Assembly: GCA_040830765.1 (NCBI GenBank)
Contig: JBFOMH010000021.1
Coordinates: 1 to 64,000, forward strand
Source of the DNA: Puniceicoccaceae bacterium
GTDB taxonomy: Bacteria > Verrucomicrobiota > Verrucomicrobiia > Opitutales > Oceanipulchritudinaceae
Direction: 5' to 3'
DNA: 64,000 bases
Made by a program: the position numbers and the translations under genes
Shown here: positions 48,885 to 60,107 of the stretch, piece by piece
How positions within the stretch are numbered: the stretch's first letter is position 1
Layout: each line of letters opens with the position of its first letter
The notes under the pieces: generated by a model
What the model saw: the letters and a program-made list of their open reading frames with translations, nothing else
Database searches by the model: none
What the model was told of the DNA's origin: nothing

Positions 48885-49817
48885 ATGGCATCGCTCAAGA
48901 ATTCCGCGACCTATATTCTGGCTGCCGCCCTGTTTGCCCTGGCGGTGGCATTGGTTTATTTCTCGGTGGTTTTGACGAGAGTCCTGATAGCGCTGCCTGA
49001 ACTCACCGAGGAAATCCAGGTCACGGCGGAGAAGATCGATCCCATCATCGATGAAGTCCATGCCATCCAGGTGCAGATCCCCCTCATCCTGGAGGAGGTG
49101 GCCCTGATCCGGGAGCAAATACCGCCGATTCTGGAACAGGTCCCCCCGATTCTTGAGGAGGTGGAACAAATACGTCTGACTATACCTTCTGTCTTGTCGG
49201 AATCAGAACAGATTCGCCTCACCATCCCTGCGATTCTCGAAGAGACAGCGGCCTACCGGGAACAGATACCGGAAATCCTGCAGCGCGTTGATGCCATCGA
49301 AGAGCAAGTGCCTTTTATAGTTGCTGAAGTTGAGGCGGTGCGTGGGACCATTCCCGACATCCTTGAGCAGGTGGAGGCCATTCGGGCGGAGATTCCCCAA
49401 CACTTGGATCAGGCCGAGCGGATCAGCCTGAATATAGAGGAGGCCGGCCAAAAGGCTGGTGAAGGAGCAGTTACCGGGGTTTTCACAGGTATCATCAAGG
49501 CCCCGATGAGCATCGTCTCCGGAATTAGCGGGTCGATTTTCTCCAGTTCTGAATTGAATGAGGAGGATCATCGAGCCATTGGAAAAGCCATGGAGGCTGT
49601 TGTTTCGGTGGCAAAAGTCGGGGAGACCGTCGACTGGCAAAACAAGGAGTCCGGGGCCAAGGGGAAAGTTAAGATAGTCAGCATTGACGAGCAATCCGAC
49701 CCCCCCTGCATGACGCTCAACATCACTGCCTACCGGCGATACAAGAAAGTTGGTGAAGGCCTTGCCACCGTCTGCCGTAGGGCTGATGGAACTTGGGAAT
49801 TCGTCGGGGTGGAGTAA
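48885..49817 (+). CDS. Membrane-anchored protein with 14-aa helical repeats and C-terminal 17-kDa surface-antigen-like (RT0821/Lpp0805-type) domain
   Basis: N-terminal TM; repeats IPxILEEVxxIRxx; C-terminus VDWQNKESGAKG...C...VCRRADGTWE. Confidence 0.7.
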   Translation: MASLKNSATYILAAALFALAVALVYFSVVLTRVLIALPELTEEIQVTAEKIDPIIDEVHAIQVQIPLILEEVALIREQIPPILEQVPPILEEVEQIRLTIPSVLSESEQIRLTIPAILEETAAYREQIPEILQRVDAIEEQVPFIVAEVEAVRGTIPDILEQVEAIRAEIPQHLDQAERISLNIEEAGQKAGEGAVTGVFTGIIKAPMSIVSGISGSIFSSSELNEEDHRAIGKAMEAVVSVAKVGETVDWQNKESGAKGKVKIVSIDEQSDPPCMTLNITAYRRYKKVGEGLATVCRRADGTWEFVGVE

Positions 49818-49847
49818 CCGATAGCCCTACCTAAGCACCCGAGTGTT

Positions 49848-50996
49848 TTACCTTTTGTCTTTCGGGCTAAACAGATTCGGCAGGTCCTGGGCAATCAGCT
49901 TGCGGTAGTCGTAATACCACCGGAAGCGGATGGATATGCCGAAGTCCTGTCCGGTTTCTTCAACGATGGGCAACTTGAGCCGGAGACCGACGTCCCAGTT
50001 GCCGGGGATGAAGATGCCGTCCCGGATTTCCTTGGTGGGGAACCAGGTAATGGAGGGATAGGCGATAACCTCATGCACACTGGTGAACGCAAGGTACCAG
50101 TTTTCCCGACGGAATCCGGGTGGTGGCACCAGACTGGGCAGGGGTCTTGGGCCGGCTGCGTCCCGGAAATCCAGTGCATTTGTCCGGTACTCCAGTTCGA
50201 AGGAATAGCGGAAATTTCCACCGGGATAATAAATGAAGCCGGGACGCAGGAATATCCGGTCCTTGGGCTGTGGGTCGACCGGTTCCGCCCGGAAGGGCGT
50301 CTGTTCAACAAACTCGTAGGCCACATTGAGGTAAACCAGCCAGTGGGGGTGCTCCTTTAACTGGTGGCTGAGCGAGACATAGGGCTCGTAGCGGGCGTAG
50401 CCATCCGTGATCTCAATCGGGGGATCGGAAATCGGCATTTCTGCATCGAAACCAATCGCCACGTTGACATCGGAATCCCAGGCATTGATCCAGCTGTATT
50501 TACCCCCGACCATCCACATGTACAGGCCCACGCCATCGCCACTGCCGAAGGGATTCGGAAAGTAGGTTCCGACATCGCTACGGACCTCGAAGTAGCGGCT
50601 GGGGTTGTAGCGAACCCCAATCGGGAAGCGCACATAGTCATCCCCCAGAAAGTCCCCGAATTTGGGGCTCAGGCGCAAACTTAGCTGTCCCTTCTGTTGT
50701 GCCCCGGGAAGATTGGTATCAAACAATTCGTCGTTAACACGTGGGGTGAAGATTCGGCGCAGGACCTGGTTGCTCTCGATATTGTCAGGAAGTTCACTTT
50801 CATAGTACTTCTGGTACTCGGCCTCTCGTTCCTTCCGTTCATCCTGCTCGTTGGGATTGCCGAAGAATTGTCCACTGGAACGATCGTTCTCCTCCTCCGT
50901 CGGGTCCACAACGCCGACTTGAGCGTAGAGAAGCGTGCCTGCCATCAGGATCAGGCAGAGTATCAATCCGGTTTTTGCATGCGTTCGCGCTGGCAT
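49848..50996 (-). CDS. Hypothetical secreted or outer-membrane beta-barrel-like protein
   Basis: Signal peptide; aromatic amphipathic strands; no family recognised. Confidence 0.65.
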   Translation of the reverse strand: MPARTHAKTGLILCLILMAGTLLYAQVGVVDPTEEENDRSSGQFFGNPNEQDERKEREAEYQKYYESELPDNIESNQVLRRIFTPRVNDELFDTNLPGAQQKGQLSLRLSPKFGDFLGDDYVRFPIGVRYNPSRYFEVRSDVGTYFPNPFGSGDGVGLYMWMVGGKYSWINAWDSDVNVAIGFDAEMPISDPPIEITDGYARYEPYVSLSHQLKEHPHWLVYLNVAYEFVEQTPFRAEPVDPQPKDRIFLRPGFIYYPGGNFRYSFELEYRTNALDFRDAAGPRPLPSLVPPPGFRRENWYLAFTSVHEVIAYPSITWFPTKEIRDGIFIPGNWDVGLRLKLPIVEETGQDFGISIRFRWYYDYRKLIAQDLPNLFSPKDKR

Positions 50997-51101
50997 GGCT
51001 ACAGGATTGAGTGTTTTCCGTGGATGGCAATCTTTTGACGAGCTCTGTCACGACCATTAGGAGCAAGTCCATGATTGACGGGCATTGCTCCGTTTGTGTG
51101 A

Positions 51102-52499
51102 TTGTTGGCGATGGTTTCCGATCGACAGTTTATGCCGGCCAGACGGGCTGTGGTCCACACACTGGGATGTCGCCTGAATCAGGCGGAGTCACAGATGCTG
51201 CGGGACCGCCTGGCGCAAAAGGGCTACAGCATTGTCCCGTTTGGGAGCGAGGCTGACCTCGGCATCATCAACACCTGCACGGTGACCCGGGAGGCTGATG
51301 GCAAGTGCCGCAAGGCCATCCGGCAGTTTACCGCGAAAAACCCGGAGGCCTTCACGGCAGTGATTGGCTGCTATTCGCAGATGGGGGCAGCGGCCATTGC
51401 GGAAATACCTGGCGTCGACCTGATTGTCGGCAACCAGGACAAGTTTGCCGTCCTCGACCATCTCCGACAGGGAAAGATCGACCGGCCGCTCATTCTCAGG
51501 GATCGCATCAGTCGGGAGGATTTCAGCCATGGCTACGTCGGGGATATCCCTTTCGACAAACGGGCCAACCTGAAGGTGCAGGATGGCTGCGACTTCATGT
51601 GCAGCTTCTGCATTATTCCCTTCGCCCGTGGCCAGGCCCGTTCAAGGAATTGGGAGGATACCCTGGCGGAAGCCCGGGCAGCGGCCAGTCGGGGCATTAA
51701 GGAGCTGGTTTTGACCGGGGTCAACGTAGGGACCTACGAGAGCGAAGGGCGCAACATCGTCGATCTGGTGGATGCCCTGAATGAGGTTCCGGGATTGCTG
51801 CGGACGCGGATTTCCAGCATCGAGCCAACGACTGTTCCAGTAGCCTTGTTGGAGCGAATGGCTGACGAGGACCACAACCTTCTGCCGTTTTTGCACCTAC
51901 CCCTGCAATCCGGTTCCAATGCCGTCCTGAGCTTGATGCGGCGGAAGTACTCCATGGAGGATTACATTGAATTTGTCCGTCTGGCCAAGGTTACTGTTCC
52001 CGGTCTCTGTCTGGGAACGGACATCATGGTTGGCTTTACCGGTGAGACCGAACAGGACTTCGACGAGACCTGCCGGCAATTCCTTGAGTTGCCCTTCGCC
52101 TACACACATGTCTTCCCCTTTTCAGAGAGGGAAGGTACCTTGGTAATGCAGAGAAAAGACGGGTGGGTGTCGATGGAGGAGCGCAACCGCCGCTGTGCCT
52201 TCCTGCGCCGCTTAAGCGATAAGAAACGATACGATTTCATGGAAGCCCATCGGGGAAGTGAAGCCAATGTGCTCCTTGAGGATCCAAGGGATGGGGGATT
52301 TCCCGGTTACACGGAAAATTACATCCGGGTGCGGGTGGATAATCCCGGGTACGACATCCGCAACCGCCTGGTCCGGGTACGCCTCGGGTCCGTCCGGGCA
52401 GACTGGATGGAGGCAGATGTTCTCTCCTATCTCGATGAAGAAGACCCGCGCCCCCGTTTGGCAGGGACGCGGGCCCGTATGTCAGGGATACGTGTTTAG
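51102..52499 (+). CDS. mtaB: tRNA t6A37 methylthiotransferase (radical SAM)
   Basis: HTLGCRLNQAES, INTCTVT, LKVQDGCDFMCSFC, LTGVNVG, RISSIEP, HVFPFSEREGT, GYTENY. True start probably 51111 or 51132. Confidence 0.9.
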   Translation: MLAMVSDRQFMPARRAVVHTLGCRLNQAESQMLRDRLAQKGYSIVPFGSEADLGIINTCTVTREADGKCRKAIRQFTAKNPEAFTAVIGCYSQMGAAAIAEIPGVDLIVGNQDKFAVLDHLRQGKIDRPLILRDRISREDFSHGYVGDIPFDKRANLKVQDGCDFMCSFCIIPFARGQARSRNWEDTLAEARAAASRGIKELVLTGVNVGTYESEGRNIVDLVDALNEVPGLLRTRISSIEPTTVPVALLERMADEDHNLLPFLHLPLQSGSNAVLSLMRRKYSMEDYIEFVRLAKVTVPGLCLGTDIMVGFTGETEQDFDETCRQFLELPFAYTHVFPFSEREGTLVMQRKDGWVSMEERNRRCAFLRRLSDKKRYDFMEAHRGSEANVLLEDPRDGGFPGYTENYIRVRVDNPGYDIRNRLVRVRLGSVRADWMEADVLSYLDEEDPRPRLAGTRARMSGIRV

Positions 52500-53260
52500 G
52501 CTCGGCTCTCAATCTCCCGTCGTGGGAGAAAGCGTCTTGCCAGCAGCAGAAGAAGTGATGCCACGCCAAAGCCGAGGGCGGTGGCCGATGGTTCAGGGAC
52601 ACCGATGACCTGCAGGTTATCGAAGCCGACGGCCTCGCTACCGCTTGTCATGAGCGTGTCGATACGAATATTCAGTAGTGATCCCGTTACCGGAATGAAG
52701 GAGCTGGTAACGGTCTGGAAGGCGAGGCCAAGCTCGGTGGTATCACCGATGCCGTCGAAGTCCGTGTCGTTCAGGAGAGGTCCGTTGAAGGTTTGTCCAT
52801 TGTTCTGGAAGGCGAGCGCGGTTTGCCACGGACCCTCATCAAAGTTGTATTCGACAAGGATAAAGTCATCCACACTGTCGAAGGCGCTGTTGGAACCGGC
52901 TCCGAGGTCAAGCGACAGTTGAATTTGCGGAATTCCCGGCAGGGATATGGAGGAGAAGTCGAGCAAGGCCACGCCGCTGGTGTTCTCGGCCGCGTCAATG
53001 TCTTCGGCCGCCCAGAACATGGATCCACCAAAACCGGTAAATGCCGGGATGCCGCTGGCCTCGGTGGTACCGTCGGTCCGGATGAAGTAGTCGTCACTGC
53101 CATCCGTGAAGGAACCAGTGGAGGTGTAGCGGGTCCCTTCACCATCGGTTTCGAATGATTCGTGAAAAATGATACTGGCTTCCAGGGTGATGGAACTGGC
53201 CATCAACGGGAGCATGAAGGGAAGGATTCTCGAGGATTTTTCTAAGGTGATTGCTTTCAT
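52496..53260 (-). CDS. PEP-CTERM protein
   Basis: C-terminal VPEPSATALGFGVASLLLLLARRFLPRR; start uncertain. Confidence 0.85.
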   Translation of the reverse strand: MKAITLEKSSRILPFMLPLMASSITLEASIIFHESFETDGEGTRYTSTGSFTDGSDDYFIRTDGTTEASGIPAFTGFGGSMFWAAEDIDAAENTSGVALLDFSSISLPGIPQIQLSLDLGAGSNSAFDSVDDFILVEYNFDEGPWQTALAFQNNGQTFNGPLLNDTDFDGIGDTTELGLAFQTVTSSFIPVTGSLLNIRIDTLMTSGSEAVGFDNLQVIGVPEPSATALGFGVASLLLLLARRFLPRREIESRA

Positions 53261-53358
53261 AACGAGTGAAAGCATCACTACACCTTGGAGGGCATGCAAA
53301 TGCGCCGTATACCTCTTTTTAGGTAGGCGTGGTATTGGAAGAAACCTTGTCCTTGGGC

Positions 53359-53811
53359 CTATTCGAGGACCATCACGAGGCGGTCTCCTTCAAGGAAGAG
53401 GCACCCCTCATCAAGGTTCCCGTCATCAATCATTTCATCAAGACGAACGAGGACACGGGTTCCTGCCTTGCAGTTGACGAGACAAATGCAGGGGGGCGAG
53501 GAGGGACCTTCCGGACTCCATTCCCATTCACCACCCCCAAGGGGTTGCTGGTCAAAGAGTCCAAGTGAGGCTTCCACGATGGGGGGAAGTTTATCCGTTT
53601 GCCCACCGTCAGGCCAATTCCCGTGCTCGGTCTTGTAGGCTATGAGGGCCGCGCCTTGCTTGCGGAAGGCCTCCGCCAGATCCGATGCCTGGTTCTGGGT
53701 CCGTCTCTGCAGATGATTGGGCATGGCCACGAGGAACATGAGACCGAAAATCGCAGCCATCACAAAGACCTCGACGAATGAGAAGCCTGTATCTCTTTTT
53801 CCCGACGCCAT
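53359..53811 (-). CDS. Type IV pilin-like / pseudopilin protein
   Basis: Class III signal G|FSFVE (Glu at +5) followed by a hydrophobic helix and P. Confidence 0.8.
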   Translation of the reverse strand: MASGKRDTGFSFVEVFVMAAIFGLMFLVAMPNHLQRRTQNQASDLAEAFRKQGAALIAYKTEHGNWPDGGQTDKLPPIVEASLGLFDQQPLGGGEWEWSPEGPSSPPCICLVNCKAGTRVLVRLDEMIDDGNLDEGCLFLEGDRLVMVLE

Positions 53812-53887
53812 GGGAAAGAAGAGTCATAAACACTGAGGTAAATGTGTCAAACAAAGAAAATTTAATGTAAAAACCGGTCCAATTTAT

Positions 53888-54583
53888 CTAATTATAATCG
53901 ATTTCCTCATCTTTTGTGGAGCCTTGGAGGAGACGAAAGAGCTCGTGGCGTTGGCACTCCTTACCGAGAAACTCGAGAAAGAGGTCAAATCGGCGTTCGA
54001 GGGAAAGAGTCTCCAAAAGCATTTGCTTGGTGACCGCATTCTGGCACAGGGAGTGGACTGCCACATCGATAAAGGGACCGGGTTTCTCCAGTGAGTGGAT
54101 AAACTGGACATACTCCTCGGGAAGCCCGGTTGTCAGGTAGGACTCACGGTCGAGAATTTCCAGGATTTTCTCTCGTTTTCCGGAGACAGAGGCGTCTTCC
54201 TCGTTGGCATCATGACAAGGGGCGACTCGAATGAGTCGGTACGGCGCTTCCTGGACTATTTCCACCAGGCGTACCCGCTTTATTCCCTGCAGGGCAAGGT
54301 TGGAGGTGCCGTCCGGGTTTTTGTGCGCTGCCCGGACGATGCCGACCGTACCCATGATAGCGGGGGGTTCCTCGTGGCCTTCATCGTTCTCCACGTGGCT
54401 CTCATTGAATATGGCGAACAACCTGTGTGAGTTGAGGACCTCCTCCAACATTATCCGGTACCGTTGCTCAAAGATGAACAGTGGCATTACGGCATGCGGG
54501 AACAGCACCGTATCCTGTAGAGTCATGACCGGAACAACCTCCGGTATTGTTATATCGCCTGTCTCATCCATGTTTGTGAGCAT
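53888..54583 (-). CDS. Stand-alone LON substrate-binding (N-terminal) domain protein
   Basis: VLFPHAVMPLFIFEQRYRIM, GTVG, DGTSNLALQGIKR, KQMLLE; no ATPase or protease domain. Confidence 0.88.
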   Translation of the reverse strand: MLTNMDETGDITIPEVVPVMTLQDTVLFPHAVMPLFIFEQRYRIMLEEVLNSHRLFAIFNESHVENDEGHEEPPAIMGTVGIVRAAHKNPDGTSNLALQGIKRVRLVEIVQEAPYRLIRVAPCHDANEEDASVSGKREKILEILDRESYLTTGLPEEYVQFIHSLEKPGPFIDVAVHSLCQNAVTKQMLLETLSLERRFDLFLEFLGKECQRHELFRLLQGSTKDEEIDYN

Positions 54584-54610
54584 GATAAGTCAATTTCGCG
54601 GAAGGTGCAA

Positions 54611-54931
54611 CTAGTCCTGGATACTTGGTTCGGCCCACTTCCATGCTTCCAGTAATTGAGGATCGGGATTATCCGTCTCTGCGTAGTAGACCGCCAATCT
54701 GAGGTAACTTAGGCGGTCCCGTGGGGTCTGCTCCCGCAGGTTGAAAATTTCCTCCAGGAGTGCCTCAGGCGAACGACCCCTTAATTCATCAATTTCTGTG
54801 ATCCCGATATCCAACAGGTCGCGAACGGAAGATATGTCCATTCCCGGAATCCGTTTCAAGGGGGATTGGAGGGCCTCGATGTCGACCTTTTTCTTCTTCC
54901 GGCCAGTCAGTTCCTCAAAGGGCTCATGCAT
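54611..54931 (-). CDS. Helix-hairpin-helix protein (Cdd1-like)
   Basis: LKRIPG...DLLDIGI..IDELRGRSPE...RLAVYYAE...WKW. Confidence 0.75.
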   Translation of the reverse strand: MHEPFEELTGRKKKKVDIEALQSPLKRIPGMDISSVRDLLDIGITEIDELRGRSPEALLEEIFNLREQTPRDRLSYLRLAVYYAETDNPDPQLLEAWKWAEPSIQD

Positions 54932-55007
54932 CGCGTTATGAAAGGTTTAGCAGCAGCAGCATGGCAAGCGGGATTTGGGAGAATTGGCTGAATTGCCTGC
55001 CTGCATT

Positions 55008-55072
55008 GGTGGGACAGGGGTGGGACAGGGAATGGCAGGGTGTGACACAAGGTGTGACAGGTGGTGTCACAC
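55008..55072. repeat. GGTG(G/T)GACA repeats at ~11-12 bp spacing with perfect dyad GTGTGACA-N5-TGTCACAC
   Basis: Copies at 55008, 55019, 55039, 55051; dyad at 55052-55072. Confidence 0.75.
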
Positions 55073-55156
55073 TTTCTCATCCGTGGTGGGTGACGGGAAG
55101 ATCTGAATTATCTCAAATTGTTGTATACCAATGCCTTAAGAAAATAACCCCATCTC

Positions 55157-55172
55157 TGGCACAGTGTTTGCA
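55157..55172 (+). promoter_or_regulatory. Sigma54 (-24/-12) promoter candidate for dnaK
   Basis: TGGCAC-AGTGT-TTGCA, GG-N10-GC spacing exact. Confidence 0.65.
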
Positions 55173-55186
55173 GGAGAATTGGCGCT

Positions 55187-57130
55187 ATGGGTAAAATTTT
55201 AGGAATCGACTTGGGTACCACCAACTCCTGCATGGCTGTCATGGAGGGGGGCGAACCGGTGGTCATCCCGAACAGCGAAGGCTCACGCACGACACCGTCG
55301 GTTGTGGCTTTCACCAAGAACGGCGAGCGGCTTGTGGGCCAGGCTGCCAAGCGGCAGGCTGTCACCAATCCCAGCAATACAGTTTTTTCAGCGAAACGCC
55401 TCATTGGACGCAAGTTTACGGAAGTTTCTGAAGAATCGGCGCACGTCCCCTTCAAGGTGATTGAAGGAAAGAATGGCGATGCCTGGCTTGAGGTGGAGGA
55501 GAATGGGGAAACGAAGAGTTTTCCGCCGGAGCAGATCAGTTCCATGATTCTCGGCAAGCTGAAGGCGGATGCGGAAGCTTATCTCGGTGAGCCGGTCACG
55601 CAGGCCGTTATCACGGTTCCGGCATACTTTAATGACTCGCAGCGTCAGGCCACCAAGGACGCCGGCACGATAGCCGGGCTGGAAGTACTCCGGATTATCA
55701 ATGAGCCGACAGCCGCCTCCCTGGCCTACGGATTGGACAAAAAGAGCGAGGAAACGATTGCGGTTTATGACCTCGGTGGAGGTACCTACGACATTTCCAT
55801 TCTCGAGATCGGGGATGGCGTCTTTGAGGTCAAGGCCACCAACGGCGATACGCACCTCGGTGGGGACAACTGGGATGATGCCATTATCACCTGGCTCGTG
55901 GACGATTTCAAAAGCGAGCACGGCATCGACCTGCGCTCCGACAAAATGGCCCTCCAGCGCCTCAAGGAAGAAGCGGAAAAGGCCAAGATTGCCCTGAGCA
56001 GTTCCCAATCCACGGATATCAACCTTCCCTTTATCACGGCGGATGCCTCAGGTCCCAAGCACCTCAACGTGCAGCTGACCCGGAGCAAGATCGAGCAGAT
56101 CACCGACCATCTCTTCCAACGGACCGTTGATCCCTTCAAGTCGTGTCTCAAGGACGCCGGCCTGACGGAAGGCGATATCGGCAATCTGGTCCTCGTCGGG
56201 GGCATGACCCGTATGCCGAAGGTCAACGAGGTTGCCCGCAATCTTGCCGGCAAGGAGCCGAACAAGGGTGTCAACCCGGATGAAGTTGTGGCCATCGGGG
56301 CTGCCATCCAAGGCGCTGTTCTCGCCGGGGACGTCAAGGATGTCCTCCTGCTTGATGTGACTCCGCTGACCCTTGCCATTGAGACAGCCGGTGGCGTGGC
56401 CACCGCGATGATCGAGCGCAACACCACCATCCCGACGAAGAAGTCACAGATTTTCTCCACCTACGCCGACCAGCAGACAGCGGTTGACGTCAAGGTGCTG
56501 CAGGGTGAACGCCCGATGGCCAAGGACAACAAGCTGCTGGGCAATTTCCGCCTCGACGGCATTCCGCCGGCCCCGCGTGGCATGCCGCAAATTGAGGTCA
56601 CCTTTGACATCGACGCCAACGGTATCCTGCACGTGTCCGCAACCGACAAGGGAACGGGCAAGAAGCAGCACATCTCCATCACCAATGCCTCCGGTCTCTC
56701 GGATGACGAGGTGAACAAGATGAAGGAAGATGCCGAGCGCAACGCCGAGGCGGACGCCAAGGCCAAGGAATCGGCCGAGACCCGCAACCAGCTGGACACG
56801 GTCGTCTTCGGGACGGAGAAGGTCCTCAAGGAAAGCGGTGACAAGTTCAACGATTCCGAACGTACGCTCATCCAGGGCCTTGTTGACGAGGGCAAGCAAG
56901 CGCTCGAATCCAACGACGCCGAGCAGATGAAGGCGGCCTTGGAAAAAATCAACAACAGTCAGGAGATGCAGCAGGCGATGGCCCGCATGTACCAGGAGCA
57001 GGCAGCAGCTGCCGGTGCCGAAGGTGGTACGGAGCAATCGGGACCTGCTCCCGAAGCAGAATCTGCCTCTGCTGCCGCCGATGACAATGTCGTCGATGCC
57101 GAAGTCGAGGATGTTGACGAGAAGAAGTAA
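55187..57130 (+). CDS. dnaK: Chaperone DnaK
   Basis: [50 protein letters not shown]. Confidence 0.99.
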   Translation: MGKILGIDLGTTNSCMAVMEGGEPVVIPNSEGSRTTPSVVAFTKNGERLVGQAAKRQAVTNPSNTVFSAKRLIGRKFTEVSEESAHVPFKVIEGKNGDAWLEVEENGETKSFPPEQISSMILGKLKADAEAYLGEPVTQAVITVPAYFNDSQRQATKDAGTIAGLEVLRIINEPTAASLAYGLDKKSEETIAVYDLGGGTYDISILEIGDGVFEVKATNGDTHLGGDNWDDAIITWLVDDFKSEHGIDLRSDKMALQRLKEEAEKAKIALSSSQSTDINLPFITADASGPKHLNVQLTRSKIEQITDHLFQRTVDPFKSCLKDAGLTEGDIGNLVLVGGMTRMPKVNEVARNLAGKEPNKGVNPDEVVAIGAAIQGAVLAGDVKDVLLLDVTPLTLAIETAGGVATAMIERNTTIPTKKSQIFSTYADQQTAVDVKVLQGERPMAKDNKLLGNFRLDGIPPAPRGMPQIEVTFDIDANGILHVSATDKGTGKKQHISITNASGLSDDEVNKMKEDAERNAEADAKAKESAETRNQLDTVVFGTEKVLKESGDKFNDSERTLIQGLVDEGKQALESNDAEQMKAALEKINNSQEMQQAMARMYQEQAAAAGAEGGTEQSGPAPEAESASAAADDNVVDAEVEDVDEKK

Positions 57131-57134
57131 TTTC

Positions 57135-57174
57135 CAGCCGGTCTGTTCCTTTCGGGGAGTAGGCCGGCCTTTTT
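57135..57174 (+). terminator. Hairpin with T-tract between dnaK and groES
   Basis: GCCGGTCTGTTCC-TTTCG-GGGAGTAGGCCGGC followed by CTTTTT. Confidence 0.6.
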
Positions 57175-57223
57175 GAACAACGCAAATCCAAATCTTATTT
57201 AACAACTAAATACTGATAGAAAT

Positions 57224-57517
57224 ATGGCTAATAAAGTGAATATCCAACCTCTCGGCGACCGCGTTCTGGTGAAGGCGATCGAAGTTGAGGAAGAAGTTAA
57301 AGGTGGAATCATCATTCCTGATTCAGCCAAGGAAAAGCCGACCACGGCAGAAGTCCTGGCCCTCGGCAATGGCAAGAAGGACGGCGAAACCTATGAGTTC
57401 TCCGTCAAGGTCGGTGACCAGGTCATCATCAGCAAGTACGGCGGCACGCAGGTCAAGCTGGACGATGTCGAGTACACCATTCTTCGCGAAGACGACATCC
57501 TTGGCATCATCGCCTAA
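57224..57517 (+). CDS. groES: Co-chaperonin GroES
   Basis: [26 protein letters not shown]. Confidence 0.99.
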   Translation: MANKVNIQPLGDRVLVKAIEVEEEVKGGIIIPDSAKEKPTTAEVLALGNGKKDGETYEFSVKVGDQVIISKYGGTQVKLDDVEYTILREDDILGIIA

Positions 57518-57545
57518 GTGGCCGCCTCCGCATCACAACTGTTAA

Positions 57546-59213
<1,668 letters not shown>

Positions 59214-59255
59214 TGCCGGCCACGACCCTTTAGGACATAATCATAGTTAACGATC

Positions 59256-59286
59256 AAGCCCCGGGCAGGACGCCCGGGGCTTTTTG
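59256..59286 (+). terminator. groEL terminator
   Basis: AAGCCCCGGGC-AGGAC-GCCCGGGGCTTTTT. Confidence 0.85.
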
Positions 59287-59297
59287 TTGTAGTAAAG

Positions 59298-59348
59298 GAG
59301 TCGGCGCTTCAGCGCCGGTCACTGAGACCGGGCCTGAAGGCCCGACTC
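59298..59348. repeat. Inverted pair of REP-like palindromes
   Basis: GAGTCGGCGCTTCAGCGCCG ... CGGGCCTGAAGGCCCGACTC. Confidence 0.55.
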
Positions 59349-59358
59349 TATTTCGCAC

Positions 59359-59387
59359 AAAAAAGCCCCGACTTGCGTCGGGGCTTT
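59359..59387 (-). terminator. sodA terminator
   Basis: AAAAAAGCCCCGAC-TTGC-GTCGGGGCTTT on the plus strand. Confidence 0.85.
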
Positions 59388-59411
59388 GTGAAAAGATGCT
59401 CGACTATTGCC

Positions 59412-60044
59412 TCAGGCGGTCGCCTTGGCGTAATTCGCAGCTACCTTGTCCCAATTGACGACATTCCAGAAGGCGGAGATGTAGTCGGGACGACGGTTCT
59501 GGTAGTTAAGGTAGTAGGCGTGCTCCCAGACATCGAGGCCGAGGATCGGGGTTGCAGAGCAACCGGCGATGCTTTCGCCCATGGTCGGACTGTCCTGGTT
59601 GGCCGTGCTGCAGACGCAGAGGCTGCCATCGGCCTTGACGCAGAGCCAGGCCCAGCCAGACCCGAAGCGGGTCGCTCCAGCCTTGGCAAATTCCGCTTTG
59701 AAGTCATCAAAGCTGCCAAAGACGGCGTTGATCTTGTCTCCCAGCTCACCGGTCGGCTCACCGCCGCCATTGGGGGAGAGGATGGACCAGAAGAAGCTGT
59801 GGTTGGCGTGGCCGCCGCCGTTGTTGCGGACAGCGGTCTGGACGGCCTCGGGAAGGTCACCAATCTTGCTAATGAGGTCGGCGATGCACTCGGGGCCTTC
59901 AATGCCGGCTCCCTCGAGGGCATTGTTCAGATTCGTGATGTAGGTATTGTGGTGCTTGCTGTGATGAATCTCCATCGTGCGCGCATCAATATGCGGTTCG
60001 AGGGCATCGTAAGCGTATTCCAGTTCCGGTAATGTATATGCCAT
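59412..60044 (-). CDS. sodA: Superoxide dismutase, Mn-type signature
   Basis: [36 protein letters not shown]. Confidence 0.95.
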   Translation of the reverse strand: MAYTLPELEYAYDALEPHIDARTMEIHHSKHHNTYITNLNNALEGAGIEGPECIADLISKIGDLPEAVQTAVRNNGGGHANHSFFWSILSPNGGGEPTGELGDKINAVFGSFDDFKAEFAKAGATRFGSGWAWLCVKADGSLCVCSTANQDSPTMGESIAGCSATPILGLDVWEHAYYLNYQNRRPDYISAFWNVVNWDKVAANYAKATA

Positions 60045-60107
60045 GATGTGTTTATTGGTTTTTGAGTTAAAAACGAAAGTTAAACAAACCGCAGGATTGC
60101 CGGTTCG

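Noticed and set aside
55156..55182. CIRCE/HrcA operator before dnaK
   Set aside because: CTGGCACAG-N9-GAGAATTGG matches TTAGCACTC-N9-GAGTGCTAA poorly and is not palindromic; the sigma54 consensus fits exactly.
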